Below are positions 1 to 14,347 of a stretch of 64,000 nt of DNA, in pieces. Source of the DNA: Phoronis australis (taxonomy: Eukaryota; Animalia; Phoronida); NCBI GenBank assembly GCA_002633005.1, contig NMRA01000064.1, positions 478,523 through 542,522 on the forward strand, read 5' to 3'. The notes under the pieces are model-generated. The model saw nothing but the letters and a program-made list of their open reading frames with translations. It made no database searches and had not been told where the DNA came from. The stretch's first letter is position 1. Each line of letters begins with the position of its first letter. The position numbers were made by a program, and so were the translations under genes.

Positions 1-728
1 GGTTCAGAGCACTAGGCAGTCATAATGGAAACATTACACTATTGAAGGCCTCTTCATTTAATTTGGTACATTTTACTAGAAAAGGTATTTTGAAACTTAT
101 GAAAATAAAATTAATCAAAATTTAAGTTCCTGATACCGGAGGTGTGCTGCAGTGAGCAGGTTCCAAAAATGTCCACCGATCCTGGGCAGTAAATTATTTT
201 TTCCCTAAGTTTCCAGATTTTCAGTCCTAGACCAATTACATTACATTTTGCTTTAATTTGACGTGACAACAAAAACAGGTAATGACGTGATTGTCATGTG
301 TACACTTCAGATATGTTAACATTCAAGAGAAATCTAAAATATTGAGAGACAAATACATTGTACATGTAAAAAGAATAATTTTCTAAAAATCCTTCATATT
401 GTCATGGGAAGACTTTAATAGTCAATACCTTATGCTTGCAAGAAGAACAGCAAAATTTATGACCTTATTGACCTCTATATATGTAAATTGATGTGTGAAC
501 TGATGAACACAGGCAAACAGTTTAGAGACTTAGTGGAGAAGAATAGATCAAATAAATAATTATCTCTGAGACTCAGGGAGGTGGATGCAAACCAAAGGCT
601 GCAAACTACACTATTTATACTTAGGAATTATTAGAAATCTATGAATATAACAAAATATGTTATGGAAACAGTTATTTAAAGTAAGCAGTTGTACTGATGT
701 AGAATAGAAAAGCATCAAACTAATTTCA

Positions 729-1941
729 AACACAGCCCTCATATAAATGCTTAAAAATCATTCACAGATATGCGTCATTTCACTTTATAAATTTGTCATT
801 ATATATTCTACTAGACAGGTTACTGACCCATTAAATTGTTGTTTTGGACAATGAATATATTATCATGCTCCTCCCTTGTTAGTCACAACACATGTTATGT
901 GAAATGAATAGCTACAACAGTCTGCCCCATCACAATTACCAGGCACAGGGTCCCACCACTCATCAGAACCACCAGACACACCGTCCCACCACACCATACG
1001 GTCTCGCACCACTATCAGAACCACCAGACACATGGTCTCACCCCATCATCAGGACCACAAGACATATGATCTCACCCCACCATCAGAACCACCGGACACA
1101 TGGTCTTACCCCATCATCAGAACCTGACAGGACATCTGATCATAACATCAGAACCACCAAACACAAGCAGCCATTAACTGGCATAATATTCACAGGGCCA
1201 TCTTGGAAAGCATTTCACTAAAGGGAGTCAGTCTTATTTTAAATAACATTACGATAAACAAAAACAATGAACAAATGCACCAAACCTTGTCCCACATCAG
1301 TCAATAAAACAGGGCTGGTGTCTGCATTAAGAATNAACACAGCCCTGATATAAATGCTTAAAAATCATTCACAGATATGCGTCATTTCACTTTATAAATT
1401 TGTCATTATATATTCTACTAGACAGGTTACTGACCCATTAAATTGTTGTTTTGGATAATGAATATATTATCATGCTCCTCCCTTGTTAGTCACAACACAT
1501 ATTATGTGAAATGAATAGTTACAACAGTCTGCCCCATCACAATTACCAGGCACAGGGTCCCACCACTCATTAGAACCACCAGACACACCGTCCCACCACA
1601 CCATACGGTCTCGCACCACTATCAGAACCACCAGACACATGGTCTCACCCCATCATCAGGACCACAAGACATATGATCTCACCCCACCATCAGAACCACC
1701 AGACACATGGTCTTACCCCATCATCAGAACCTGACAGGACATCTGATCATAACATCAGAACCACCAAACACAAGCAGCCATTAACTGGCATAATATTCAC
1801 AGGGCCATCTTGGAAAGCATTTCACTAAAGGGAGTCAGTCTTATTTTAAATAACATTACGATAAACAAAAACAATGAACAAATGCACCAAACCTTGTCCC
1901 ACATCAGTCAATAAAACAGGGCTGGTGTCTGCATTAAGAAT
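729..1941. repeat. Near-identical 606-bp direct duplication (729-1334 vs 1336-1941) split by a single N; probably an uncollapsed haplotype
   Basis: The two copies differ by only a few SNPs and the junction is exactly the N at 1335. Confidence 0.85.
950..1165 (+). repeat. Degenerate ~33-bp minisatellite (CATCAGAACCACCAGACACATGGTCTCACCC-like); second copy at ~1557-1772
   Basis: About 6 imperfect units are visible by eye; they explain the H/T/P-rich ORF 892-1221. Confidence 0.75.
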
Positions 1942-4900
1942 AAAGAACCATGACCATTGGTCGCACACAGAGCTCAAATCACCAGAGGTCTGTCTCATTT
2001 AGTTTGCTCTGATGCTTCACACAACTATTCCATAAAACTGGTTAAATCTCACTTAAGCAAAAGCAAAAAGTCTCAGTTAGTTACCGAGAAAATTTCGATA
2101 AATTATTTCTAGATTGTAATGCGTTCTTAATTATTTGGCTAAACCTTTTTCAGCTACAGGGAAGAGGGAGCGTAAGACGAGATAGTCCAGATCGCTATCT
2201 TAAGCACCCCAAGAAATCGTAATCTGGTACGGTATTCAGAGACCTGACCTTGGAACCATTTCCATGCCCAAATACCAGTCCAGGCTTGGTAACAACAATT
2301 AAGTGGCCAGGAGAGCAGTAAAGACAACAAAACAACATTATGAGCTTAGTGCATTGATCAGAGACATGTGGCATGCAGGTTGAGACTATTGATAACACAG
2401 GTCATGGCGAGAATCTTACTCGGCCAGATGGTCATGCCAGTCAGCCATCAGTTTACACTACAGACCAATAGGCCAACTGACTACAACTTATGGGATCTAA
2501 ACACACAAACTGAATCTGATCAACTGAAGCCAAATTAATGCTCTTTAGATATCAATGTTTCAATGTGTTAAAAAGATTACTTGTCAGGAAAGAATATTTA
2601 AGTTACCTTCAGAAAAAATGTACCTAAAAATATTTGAAAAACACAGTTCTTCCTGAACCACATAAACACACCATAGATATTACAAACTATGTGGCTAAAA
2701 ACAGTTTCAGTGAACTTTAGCAATTCTTTGAATACCCAGTAATGAACACAGTTCTGGCAGAAACCGATAACACTGTCTATATATATAACCGGCTCACAAA
2801 CTGGCTAAAATGCCAGCGTTTTCACCAGCACTTTTGCTGGTTCTAAGGAAAAACACTAATAATGCATAATTACTAGTACAAGTGTCACTTTTCCTGGTAC
2901 TTTGCAGTCAGTTGGAATTACCTCAAAACTGTTGGCAAATTGGCAAGCACTTTTGTAAGCATAAAGGTGTTTAGACATCAATTTTTTGCTTAAAGTAGAA
3001 CTTGCACGCTAATTCCTTATCTCTGTGACTGCTTGGTCAAATTAGTTAAGAAATACAACGTATAGCGACCACATGAATATGTTTTTAAGAATAAGTTTTG
3101 TGGCAAAAATGATCCACTGCAAACCACTCAACCTTGTCCACTAAGTGTTGTGACAGGGTGTTAGGGAATAACACCGCATTATGTGGGTAATATGAGACTC
3201 CAAGGTACGTCATTAGTGCAAGGGTCACCTACGTATTTGCAGATTGTTTTTGTTTTCACATGAACATGTTGTCAATGAATACAACTGCACTTTGTTTAGC
3301 GTAGATTGTATTAAAATAGCATTGTTGTTCAGTTCCTGCTATACATAAGAATAGCTAGGAGCATGCGAATACATCTTTAAAAGGAACTGGGGTGGACTGC
3401 TAGTGAAAATGACCCCTTTGCGGACAGCACATTTGTCTGAGTAAAATACTGGCGTTTTAGGCACTGAAACTACTAGCGTTTTTGCCAAACACGTGAAGTT
3501 CCTAGACAAAAGCAAATTTTCACTGCAGCCTCATGTTAACAATATGTCGAGTCCGATATTCACTCACTCTTGCCTTATAAATTTCCTGACTGCAGACACT
3601 CAATACAGTGACAGAAAAGGTGGAGTTTTATCATTACAGAAAAACTGGTCTAGCAAGACCAGTGACAAAAGAAGAAGTGGACAATAGCCTAGTTGAGAGG
3701 AATAAAGAAGAAATCCCATGAAAACACTATCAAATTCCTTTTGGACCTTCATGAAATATTTTGAGAAGAAACACGCTCCCAGATCCCAGTGGTCTGGATC
3801 TAAGGCCTCAGTGGATGTGTGAACTTAGCTGGATTATTAGACTTCAGAGGGTCCTGATGACCAGTTCACAAGATTCAGAATCATAGTTGCAGCATGTACA
3901 ATAGTATAGTCAATGTTTTGCAACGTAATGGTAAAACAGTAGAAATACAGCAAAATGTAATATAGTGGAGTGTGAGAAGAATTTCAAAAGGGGGTTTACA
4001 TATAGGGTATTTAGTTAAATAGAGGTCTATTGCAGACATGGGGATTCGTCAGAATCTCTCAAACCATAGTCATTAGGGACTGCCAGTAAACAATCAACGC
4101 TGTACAAAACTGAACAAATAACAAAGCGACCTACTAGTAAATGCGAAATGAATCACAACTTCTGGTAATTACTATCAAATAAATTTCGCTTGGACCTCCA
4201 ACTCAGGGGATTGATGACTGACTGGTTCCTGTGAAAATTTTGTCAGCCTCGTCTAGTTATTCACATGAATGGATTATAACGTCCATCATCTATGAAGCAA
4301 TCCAACAAACCCGAAACAGCAAATGTAAGGACCAGAGAAAGTATTGATGTTGTTTTGGGTAGGTTGTTTAATCACTTGAAAGGTGATATTGTACCAGGTA
4401 GCCATTTTCCATATTGGTCTGACAACTGAATCTTGTGGTGACACTCCCCCCACCCACCACGGAAAAGAACTCCCAGGGGAGTCAATAATTCTACTTCTCC
4501 TGAATTAATAAAACATACTTGAACTACAGGTAAGCCAAGCGCTAAATAGACTCCCAATGGAAAACATAAATAATTGACCTTCAATATGAGGTCAAAAAAA
4601 GATTTTAACTAGTACCTATAGACAACCCTGCACCACTGCAAAACATGCAATAGCCAGTTTGTTCTACTGTAATAATATAATGGATCGACATCAGAAAGCT
4701 AATAGGTAATGGACACGTACTATACAGTTGTGGAGTAAAATAATTTTCTTGCAGAGGGTTACAGTAGTTGGCAGGCATTGTTACTGGCTGGGTTCTAATA
4801 ACCTGTCGAGGGGTGACTAGTACTAGGTTGGGTGTTAATGTACTTCCTGGGTTGAAGCAACACGGGTAAGTATAAGGCGACTATAAACCTGCATTCTGGC

Positions 4901-7900
4901 CAAAGAGACAAACTTTTAAATCATACCATATACAACCATAAAATTGGCTTCAACTTGTTCCTTACTTGGACGACAAGTGATTTTTGAAATTACAAAGAAT
5001 TGACAGTATACTATAGCTGCGGGAGTCAGCGGGACCACATGCTCAGAGCATAAAATGACCCACAGAGACACGCCAATTTGCGGAGTGACTGTCCACTCTT
5101 TCGAAGACCTGAAATCACCTCAAATTTGACTTCAATGAATGGTATGTGGTCAAAAGTTGGTTTATTGTGATGGAAGACTGGGTAATGGAGGCTTTAATAA
5201 AATAAAGAAGTATACAACATCCACAGGGTTATGTATTCTAAACAGAGGTAGATTATTAATTTTGTATTGTTACATAATGCTGGGTGTTCTGAGCCCAGGT
5301 GTCAAGTCTGTAGTTTGTTGAACTTATACTTGCGAGCCATCAATCACAACACAGGAAATCTGTCAGACAGTTCTATCAAGGTTAACCAAAAGACAGACCA
5401 GCTTCCAATGAACCTAGAGGCCATGTAGCCTTTTAGTTTTCAATAGTTTGAGCAAGATGATTTATCCAGAGCCCGTTATCACTTTATAACCTATAAATAA
5501 CATGTTGATAACACCTTAGAACAGGTTTATACTTGGGCTATCACCAATAGCTTCAATAAAGCACGTTGGAACCAGTACAATACTGACAGCTGAGTTTACC
5601 ATAGTACAATATCCATACTGACAGCTGAGTTTACCGTAACCTAAAATAGACTGAGTACTAGTACATCATAACCTGAAGTAGCTATGTACTGTAAAGCATT
5701 AACATATCTTTGCATCCACACAGACTACTGAAAAACTTACAAATGTAATGTTAATGAATACCACCTATATCTCTGGCAGTGAACCTCGAAGTGCAAACTT
5801 CACTGTTACCGAGACGAGGATCCAACCTGAAAAATTCACTCATTCAGCAGCCACTTTTAGTGAAGGAATGGCCCATTCATGCTATAGTAAAATTGCACCA
5901 AGATCCGTTACCACAACCTAAAGAATGTCACGTCTCATACTAGCTGCACATGACTGACGACAACTAGCACTTTTTCAGTGGCGATAACACCGAAACTTTT
6001 GGCCATGCAGACTCCTTGACCACATTGGTAGTTTTTGCAAGAGTATCTTTCCTCACCACCCGATATTGCTTTGAATAAAACCAAAGTGCATTTACTCATT
6101 CCAATCATAAACACCTCTATCCCTGGCGCATGTGTGCTGTTTCAAGCAAGCGGTCTGGCAACAAATGTGCTAGAGCAAAAACGCTAAGGAATTGTGAGTT
6201 TTGAGGCAACTCAAATTGCCATCAAAGCACCAGCAAGCTCATTCACATATTGGGGTCTTGGTTACTAGCGAAAGTGCTATCAAACCTGTAGTGTTTCAGC
6301 CAGTTACAGAACAGGTTAGGGTATCAGACTTTTTCAAATTTTACAGTTCATCCCTTCTAATCCCACAACAACTGGTAACAGTTCAAGGAAGGATATACCA
6401 TAGTATCCAACAAGCCCAGTGGCCCAAGATAACTCATTACTCAACAACAGGAAACAGACATCACTCTTATGTGGCACAGTAGGAGTGAAGCAATTAGTCA
6501 AAACCAGATCTAGTTTGGAGCCTGAGGACATGAGATAAGGGTGACTTCTGATGATGACATCATGCATGTCTCCTTCTTGAACTAAGCAAGATAACAATCA
6601 ACAAAAATTGATATTTGTTTAACTTTCACATTGCAGACTTAGTATTAAACCAAGAATGAACAAAACTTTTCATCACCTGATTCAATTAATAACATCATGG
6701 TCAGTGGTTACACATCTGGTTACAACAATACCAGCAACACTTAAACCAGGTTCCGACTTAATACATAAACCGTAGGGATGTTATTGTCATAGTTCAGATT
6801 TCTTTAGCTTTGCCAATGTTGAAAAATCACTGTGAGCTAATTAGCATTTGGATCCATAATGGCAGCATCAACTGCACATTGGTTTATTTATAAGTAAAAT
6901 TACCTTCAGTCATACTGCGTGACATTTAGTAAAAAGGCAACATCAACACAAAAAATGTTAACATGAGCTCTAGAAATTAGTGGTGTAACATGAACATATG
7001 TGAGGTTTAACAAACCAGACAGAACACTGACTGTTTTCCACAAGTTGTTGTTCGAGTTGGGTTGCTAGCCAGAAACACAAGTATATTTTAATACCAAGGG
7101 ACACTTTGCCATCTTATTCCCAGATAACCGAAGGTAATTGAAATCAAACGTTATAATTTCATTGGTTTCTGCAAAACATAAAATTCTGATAGTGGAGTCT
7201 GTCACAATATAGTAAGAAAAATTTAGTTAAAACAATGAGTCATCTCCTCAAAAGCTAGGAATACCAAATGGTGTTGACGACTCCTTCCATTCATTTTTCT
7301 CACAAAAACACACGCTCTAAAACAGGCTTTCCACAGAATACGGTAACATCTCATGAATTTTGGATAAAAGTAATTGCCCAAATAACCCACTTTCCTGTTT
7401 TTGAAGGTTTTCTGACATTGTTGTGATTGTCCGCGATTTTTCAAATATTTTCTGGTGGTAGCTATGACAGGGAACTTGAACACAGTAAATCATCAATTTG
7501 ATCCTGCACACCTTTTAGGGGTAAATAAGAAAAAAATATTGCTTGTCCACCATATCCACCATACTATGCCCTAAATTGGTGAGATTTTTCGGCATTCAAA
7601 TTTTAACTCTTGTACTTATAACTACAATGCATTCTATAATGAAGAATCAATAAGTGATCTCATAACTACTCTTTGATCGCACATGGTGCGCAGCTTCTCT
7701 GTCAAACCCCAAATGACGGTCAGATCATTCTCATAGCTAATAAAATAATATCTAATAATAATAATAATAGCAACGGAGACCATATCACAAGAATCGATCA
7801 GTTCTAATTAGCATTTAATCCCAAGCTAACAAATTAAAATGCTGTTGCAGCATGCTGGTATCATACACCATTCAATAGTGTAGCACATATTGGCCGAAAG

Positions 7901-8414
7901 ATATCCCAGTCAAAAGATATCCCCTACTGATGAAAGCAGGAAAAAATCCATACTGAAACAATGCAAAATGTAGGCCATCTAGACATTTTGACAACCTTGT
8001 CAGAATACAGCATATAGTTTCCCATGTTTCAGACAGTGTAAATGCTTGAACTGGGAATTAGAATTAAGGCCTAAATGTTGCAAGGTTCGTCGAGTCCTAC
8101 ACCTCAGCGTGTTCCGCTTTCACACGATCACTTGGCTTGTAAACATTGACACCGAGCCCGAGTCTGGTTACAAAAATGTCGCTCGGGCGACAGAGTTCCC
8201 AATGGGGTTCGAACTACTTTAAGTTGGAATTGAAGTTTAGCATTGAAAAATGTTAAGAATCAAGATTCCAGAAGTGAGTTGACACTTGCATGTAGAGAAA
8301 ATGAGCGTCGAAGAAATGGAGTCTCAAGAGGACGAGAGCGTACGCCGGATGAAAAACAACCAATATAGACCCTACACGTTCAAGTTGATTTACAAGTCAG
8401 AAAAGTAAACTTAC

Positions 8415-8525
8415 CCTTGCGATTGTGAGAGGCGAGCTAAAATCTTTTCCACCTTGTAATCGAAAGCCCCATGGTGTACTGTTGTCCACTCGGTCTAGTA
8501 TAGCACTAATCAGAAGGTCCGACAT
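8415..8525 (-). CDS. PDZ-LIM (ALP/Enigma/Zasp family) gene A, first coding exon; remainder lies left of the window or was not found
   Basis: ATG at 8525 gives MSDLLISAILDRVDNSTPWGFRLQGGKDFSSPLTIAR (37 codons), with the family PDZ signature PWGFRLQGGKDF and a phase-0 donor AGG|GTAAGT. No PDZ second exon was recognised in 1-8414. Confidence 0.9.
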
Positions 8526-8589
8526 GATGAAATTCGGTGGAATTGGGGGTTTAAACCGACCCACCCTTCTACACCCTTTCCTTATAGTA

Positions 8590-9024
8590 TTGCTATGCTT
8601 GAACTTGGAATTTTGCTTGATCTCAAGATCGCGTATGCGTGGACTTGGAATAGCCGAGAACACCTGAGTTAAATCATCCGCTCTTTGGTTAACTTAAATA
8701 ATCACGTTCACGTCGATAGAAATTTGCACTGCACGTGTAATTAAAAAAAAGTGTAAATTAACCAACCTTATTGGTTTTTTCAACTATTGGTGACCTTATT
8801 CACCAACACAATGATGGGTTAACCACTCACTCATATTCAACCTGCGTTTCTGTGACACAAGTTCCCGTCACGAAGAAAATGGGTGATAGTGCGGCCAATA
8901 ATTACAAAGAATTCGTCACACTGACCAAAAGAATTCACAGGTGATTGCTTTAATGGATATTTAATTCCAAGTTCACGCATAAGCGATCTCGTGATTCGGC
9001 AAATTTCAAGATCACGCACTGCAG
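8590..9024. mobile_element. MITE with long (~60 bp) imperfect TIRs, immediately upstream of PDZ-LIM gene A; same family as 53416-53835
   Basis: Left GAACTTGGAATTTTGCTTGATCTCAAGATCGCGTATGCGTGGACTTGGAA is the inverse of right TTCCAAGTTCACGCATAAGCGATCTCGTGATTCGGCAAATTTCAAGATC. No TSD resolved. Confidence 0.7.
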
Positions 9025-9405
9025 TTGTACGACCGTCTGAACTAGACCAACACAGCTGGTAGGCCTACAGACGGTGACGACCATACCTTAAGGCTGCCAT
9101 ACGCCAGAAACTTTTCGGCAAATCATGCCGCATACCGACTACATCATCTCAGTCATATGTAGCTAAAAGTACCCTTTGAGCATCTGAGGAAGCCATTTCT
9201 GATTTGATTGCCTCGCTGCGCACTGCAGTGGTGACCCAACCAGGAATCGCTAGTGCTTAAAACTTGGCCGCCAGGATCGCATCTATCGCACCATAAAGTT
9301 CGAGTTGGAAAGTTTTAAAAAAATTCAGCTGCCTTCAAATGTGTCCATCGTCACTTAAATTTACCTGTAATAATTTAACTTATATTTAGTCAGGACATAA
9401 AGGGT

Positions 9406-9474
9406 CTCGCTGGTTCCCTACGTGTCTAGCCAGCACGCTGGCTACCACCTAACGGCACGCAGGGAACCAGCGAG
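9406..9474. repeat. Short nested hairpin (14-bp perfect outer arms plus an inner 8-bp hairpin), probably a tiny MITE
   Basis: CTCGCTGGTTCCCT...AGGGAACCAGCGAG with inner TAGCCAGC-AC-GCTGGCTA. Confidence 0.6.
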
Positions 9475-10194
9475 CATTATGGATGTTCCGTCGCCAACAC
9501 CCTTTCCTCACCCGAAATTCGAAATTCAGACAGATGTAGGTCAACAACTAGAGTCACCTAGTGGCCATGACCGTGGCGCCGTGTCTGTCGCCGTTACTGA
9601 AAATGGGCGCACGTTTGACAACTGGCATTATATTTTGAGAGAGCTATTGGGCGACTGTTGGTAACTAACCGTATATTAGCACAGTATGAAGGATGTCACA
9701 GTTTACCCCGTGGATAGGTAGACGCAGGTTATTACTGACCGGTGTTAACAGCTTTCTGTGCGGCGATAGAATGATGAAGACTGGTTCCAAGTTAACCACG
9801 TTATTATTCTCTACCGTATGTTTACAAGTCTACTCAAAGAAAACGTCAGACGAAATGTTTGATCCCTTGTCCACAGCCAGTGCTGCAAAGCATTGGCTAA
9901 TAAACCACTTCCAGCAACTGTTTGGTTAAAAAACCTGCCGTCTCTACATATCTGACTCTCTGTTGACAAACGATGTAACAGCTGATTATATAACTTTAAT
10001 ACAACTCAGCTTCAACTAACTCACACCGATGCATTGGCATTTGCGTCTTACAAAAGTCTTGAACTTTTCACCAGTGAATAAACACTTTGGAGATTTCTAT
10101 GGCTCCAGCCATGTCATGTTCCACAGTACGGTTTTATTTTCTATATATGACGGAACATTCTTCTCTGTGAAAGTAAAACAAAGAAACAAATATC

Positions 10195-10782
10195 TCTCAG
10201 CCTGTTGCATGCACATATGTATCAATGGCTTGGCTCCAGCATATCTCAGCCGAAAATTCAGTAGCAGTCAATCTGTATAGTTTTACACGTTCTTCTGTTG
10301 CTGGAAATATTTCTTTTAAAAAAATTAAAACCGAGACCGGCAAGAGATCTTTTATCTATGCTGCTGCTACAATATGGAATTCTCTTAGTCCAGAAATTAA
10401 ACGGTCCAATTCAATAAATACTTTTAAACTTAATATAAAAAATGGCTGTAATTTACCTAACCTTTTTATACCCTACCTGTCTTAATCATGTCATTTTTTT
10501 CTCATTGTCATAAATATTCTCACTGTTTGGAGTCATATCTTTATTTATTTCATCTCTCTTAGTTAAATTTTCAACATTCTTCGTCATTTATTTATTATCT
10601 CAATTCTCAAACTGTTTTAATTGTATCTTTGTCACGAATATTTAATTATTGTTTCATTACTTCATTGCATTATATTACTGTTTTAGTTGTTGAGGGCCCT
10701 CTTTGAAAGCAGTGCTATCACTGAAGAGGTCACCCTCACTTTATATATCACAATAAATAAATAAAAAATAAATAAATAAAAA
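10195..10782 (+). mobile_element. 5'-truncated LINE 3' end (CR1/L2/Crack-like)
   Basis: Frameshifted ORF2 C-terminal motifs CINGLAPAYLS and KTETGKRSFIYAAATIWNSLSPEIKRSNSINTFK, an AT-rich 3'UTR, a GAGGGCCCTCT...GAGGTCACCCTC stem and an (AAAT)n tail. Confidence 0.8.
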
Positions 10783-12769
10783 GTGATTTCCACTAATGAA
10801 CAAATTATGTCATCACTAGCCTGACCTCATGGGTCATTGTAGTGAAGAGCCATTTGCTAGAAAACAAAAGAACAGCAAAATAAATCCTGTTGAACTCAAG
10901 CTTGTGTCAGCCTACTCCAGGCTAAGGACAGTTTTAATGACAGTTTCCGAAAATACGCCCTTTTCTGAAAACACGCCCGTGCGTATATTTGATTTCATTT
11001 GGCGTTTTGGAAATGTCATTTCCGAATATCTCCACACGCTAGTATTTTCGGAAATTCCCGGTACTTGCGTGCGGTAAGCGGTGAGTTCCACAGGGAAAAT
11101 GGAGCGACAAAACTCCGTGATCTTTTCGGCGAATACCTAAAGGATACAAGCTAACATTTTAAGCTGCAAGATATCAAATTTTCTTTACTTGCTTCGACAC
11201 TGGCCAGAACTTTACATGAGTATCCCTGCAAACATGTCAAACTCTTGCTTGTTAAGGAATTACAGGTCTAAGTTTTTCATTGAATGTAAATCAATGATCG
11301 AGTGGTGCAGTTGATGACATCTCAACAACTCAAACATGGTCTCATATTCAATGTCACCAACTCTTACGTAGGCCCCATTGCTCTTCTGAAAGATTCTATT
11401 TTACAAGAGACGGCTTAAATTAACACTAGTGCTATCTCATATTAAATCTTGGAGCCAAATTTCTACACCACGTTATGTTATAACAATTGCCTGTGGAATG
11501 ATTTAGGCACTCGGGTTTAAAAAAGGTATAGCACATCGGCAACAGACTTTACGCGATTAAGAAAGAATTACTTTTTTCCTGAACCCTGCATACGTTTTTA
11601 TAAGTGTGTAATGAATTACTTTGATGGTTTTTCACGAAGTGTATTACTAGTTCTCTCTCGTTCCTTGATTTTTATTTTCATTTATTTTCGCAGTGTGCCG
11701 TATTTGCGTTTTTATCTATTGTCTATTCCTTCTATTTGTATTTGAACATTTGTACCGCTAAATAAATATATTTCCTCACTCTTTCACACATTTTTGCCTT
11801 ATTTCCATTGAATGACTTGTAGCTTAGGCCCCATTTGTTACAAGCTCTAGGCTTTCCACATCTAAGCCACCATACTTGTCCTGCACCATTCTTTCTTTTG
11901 TCACCTTCTTATCTTGGTCTTTTTGCGCTATATCAGATTCTACGTTCTCAGCGATGGCTAAATAATTTCATTCACTCAACGGTAAGCGGTTTCTTGTTTT
12001 GATGTTGAATCTGTTAGAAAATAAAGTTATGTTCTAGAATAATAGGTGACTTGACATTTTTGTTCTCCGAGGTTGTATAATGGCTGGGCTGGAGCTCATG
12101 AGTCCGCAAATTTTGACGTGTTAACAGTTTCGAATGTGTTTTCAGGTTAGCGGGAAATTCATATAAGGTACAACAACGCACTTATTTCTCCAACAATATA
12201 AGTAAGCACAATTCAAATTTCACATCATCTTAGTTTGAATTTCTGTCCAAATTTTCGAGCCTTTTAATTGAGCTCAGTTATACTTGACTTGTGTAACAAG
12301 AGCCGACGTGTTCTCAACGAATATATTAGTATTTGCAGCGGCAGATTTAAGGGAGGAGGGGGGGCAAGGGGGCCAAATCCTGGTTAATACTTTACCCTGT
12401 CCCCCCAGTTACTCCGCCCCTGATTTTCAAACGTTTCAACTGTATAACGGGATTCATTCTTCGAGCACGAACATCAGTGTAATATGTGTTCGAACATAAC
12501 ACATTCAACAAATTCCCTTTCTCGAAACTTCGCTCATTACTTTGCATAGAGCCTATACGTACCAATTTTAAAATAAGCAAATCCAGTTTTCAGTGTGTAT
12601 TTTTTTTTTCTTTTAAGGCAGAACGACACTACTAGTTTGGGGCACAGATCAGTGTATTTCCCTATAAATCACGTATATTTACAACTAAGTGTAGCGAATG
12701 TAAGGATATATTATTTTGGTTCAAGTAGACGACGCAGGAAGACCAGTACTGTGTGCATAATTATACGTA

Positions 12770-13100
12770 CCAACATACATACACGCATACGTACGTACGT
12801 ACGTACACACATCCATTCAAAAATACATACATACAAATACATACATACATACATACATTCATACCAGGGGGATCCAGGATTTTGAGTTAGGGGGGCCAGG
12901 GCAGAGCATTAGCCAGAATTTTGCCCGACAGACATTCGCACCCCCGAACTGCCAAATGGATTCTGGGAGAATTTTAGGGAAGCCATGGCCACCTGCCCCT
13001 CCTAAATCCGTCACAGCATACATACATACATACAGACATAGGCCTACGTACATACATACAGACATACACATACACATACAAACTGTATATACATATACAA
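12770..13100 (+). repeat. (TACA)n microsatellite interrupted by a GC-rich CAGGGG...-type MITE (12865-13016)
   Basis: Visible CATA/TACA runs. The insert starts CAGGGGGATCCAGG and ends CTAAATCCGTCACAG; a related short element lies at 12336-12422. Confidence 0.7.
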
Positions 13101-14241
13101 TAACTTCAAAATGTTCCGTAAACTCTGTTTGTCAACTGTGTTCACGTTTTCTTCGTTGTGACGAAAAGCGCCGCTGCTCAACTTGTCGATACGCTAAATC
13201 AGCGTACCAAAACAACGTGCCGTAGTCGTCGGAAAAAGTGGTTCACGCAGTGCACCAACGTGCACCATGAGACCACGATTTGGTTTACAGTGATATCTGA
13301 ATTGAACCCAGACGGTTCCGGACAACTCAGATAACCATTTCAAAACAGTTAATGGGAAATTAGTTTTCGAGAACAATTACTAATGTTGTCAATTTCAGTT
13401 GTAGGCCTACGCTAAATTTTAAAAGACCCGCACAACACACGCCGACAAAGAAAGAAATCTTTCAGAGAGGCATGTTTGGAGTAGGCCTACAGTCCAATTG
13501 TTTTTGTCAGCAGTTCGATGGAGAACAAATGATCAGGATGACGCATCTATAAATTTTTGTTTGATAGTGAATAGCCTACATTTAACCAACGGTGACATCT
13601 CATGAAACTGGAATGCAGGACGCTGAGTTTTGACCGGATCAAATGTTACCAACGAAGGGGTAACCATTAATCAAAAATTCTGATAAAACGGAGGCTTTTC
13701 ATAGGCATCCGTATAAAAACGAAGAATGAATAGTTATGGTAGTCTGGGACTAATTGCCATCCAGTGCGTAGTATATTTTAAGCTTTAATTGCTATCATCG
13801 TATTTTGGATTGTTGGTCCACAGAGGAAGTATTTTGAGCGACTTTAAGTGTTATTATTTTTCGTTTTTCTAACAACTGGATCGTGACACTTTTTAAAGAG
13901 AGTCACGATCTGGATTTTATCGTACCGCCAGGATGCTGGAACGGAATGAATTTCCCGGGATCAAATGGTTCTGCTTGCTAATTTCCTAGCCGCGTTCGGA
14001 ATGTGGAAGCCACAGTCCCGGCGGCAATCACCGGTTTAGCCCACACTTCACAGAGAAATGTCATTTGTATTGTCACTGTCAGGCATTCAGCTCAGCTTCG
14101 GTCGAATGTACTTCCGTTTATCTTTAGAGCTCTAATCTGATTCAGTGATTCCGTACCGTCGGGTTCATTAGTCACCTCACAAAGCCGCGTTGCCACATAC
14201 AAACAACAGAAACACATCTGAGGAATTCCCATTATAACTAG

Positions 14242-14255
14242 GTCATGTGACGTCA
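14242..14255 (+). promoter_or_regulatory. Overlapping M-box/CLEAR-like GTCATGTGAC and perfect CRE TGACGTCA ~95 bp upstream of the PDZ-LIM gene B start codon
   Basis: Sequence GTCATGTGACGTCA seen directly; function is inferred from motif and position only. Confidence 0.4.
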
Positions 14256-14347
14256 TCAGAGGTCACTGGCACTGGATTGTTGGGATTGCGAGAACCGGTT
14301 CAAACGTCTCTTCTTATTTGCATTAAAAAATTTCGAATCTCTTCAAC

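Noticed and set aside
892-1221. 109-aa His/Thr/Pro-rich ORF
   Set aside because: It is a translation of a minisatellite. The duplicate copy lacks the first ATG, and the region lies in the presumed intron of gene A.
8766-8774. CArG (SRF) box upstream of PDZ-LIM gene A
   Set aside because: CCTTATTGG has only five A/T bases, not CC(A/T)6GG, and lies inside the MITE.
11400-11965. Additional degraded LINE 3' ends
   Set aside because: Suggestive only; too decayed to define boundaries or family without a repeat library.
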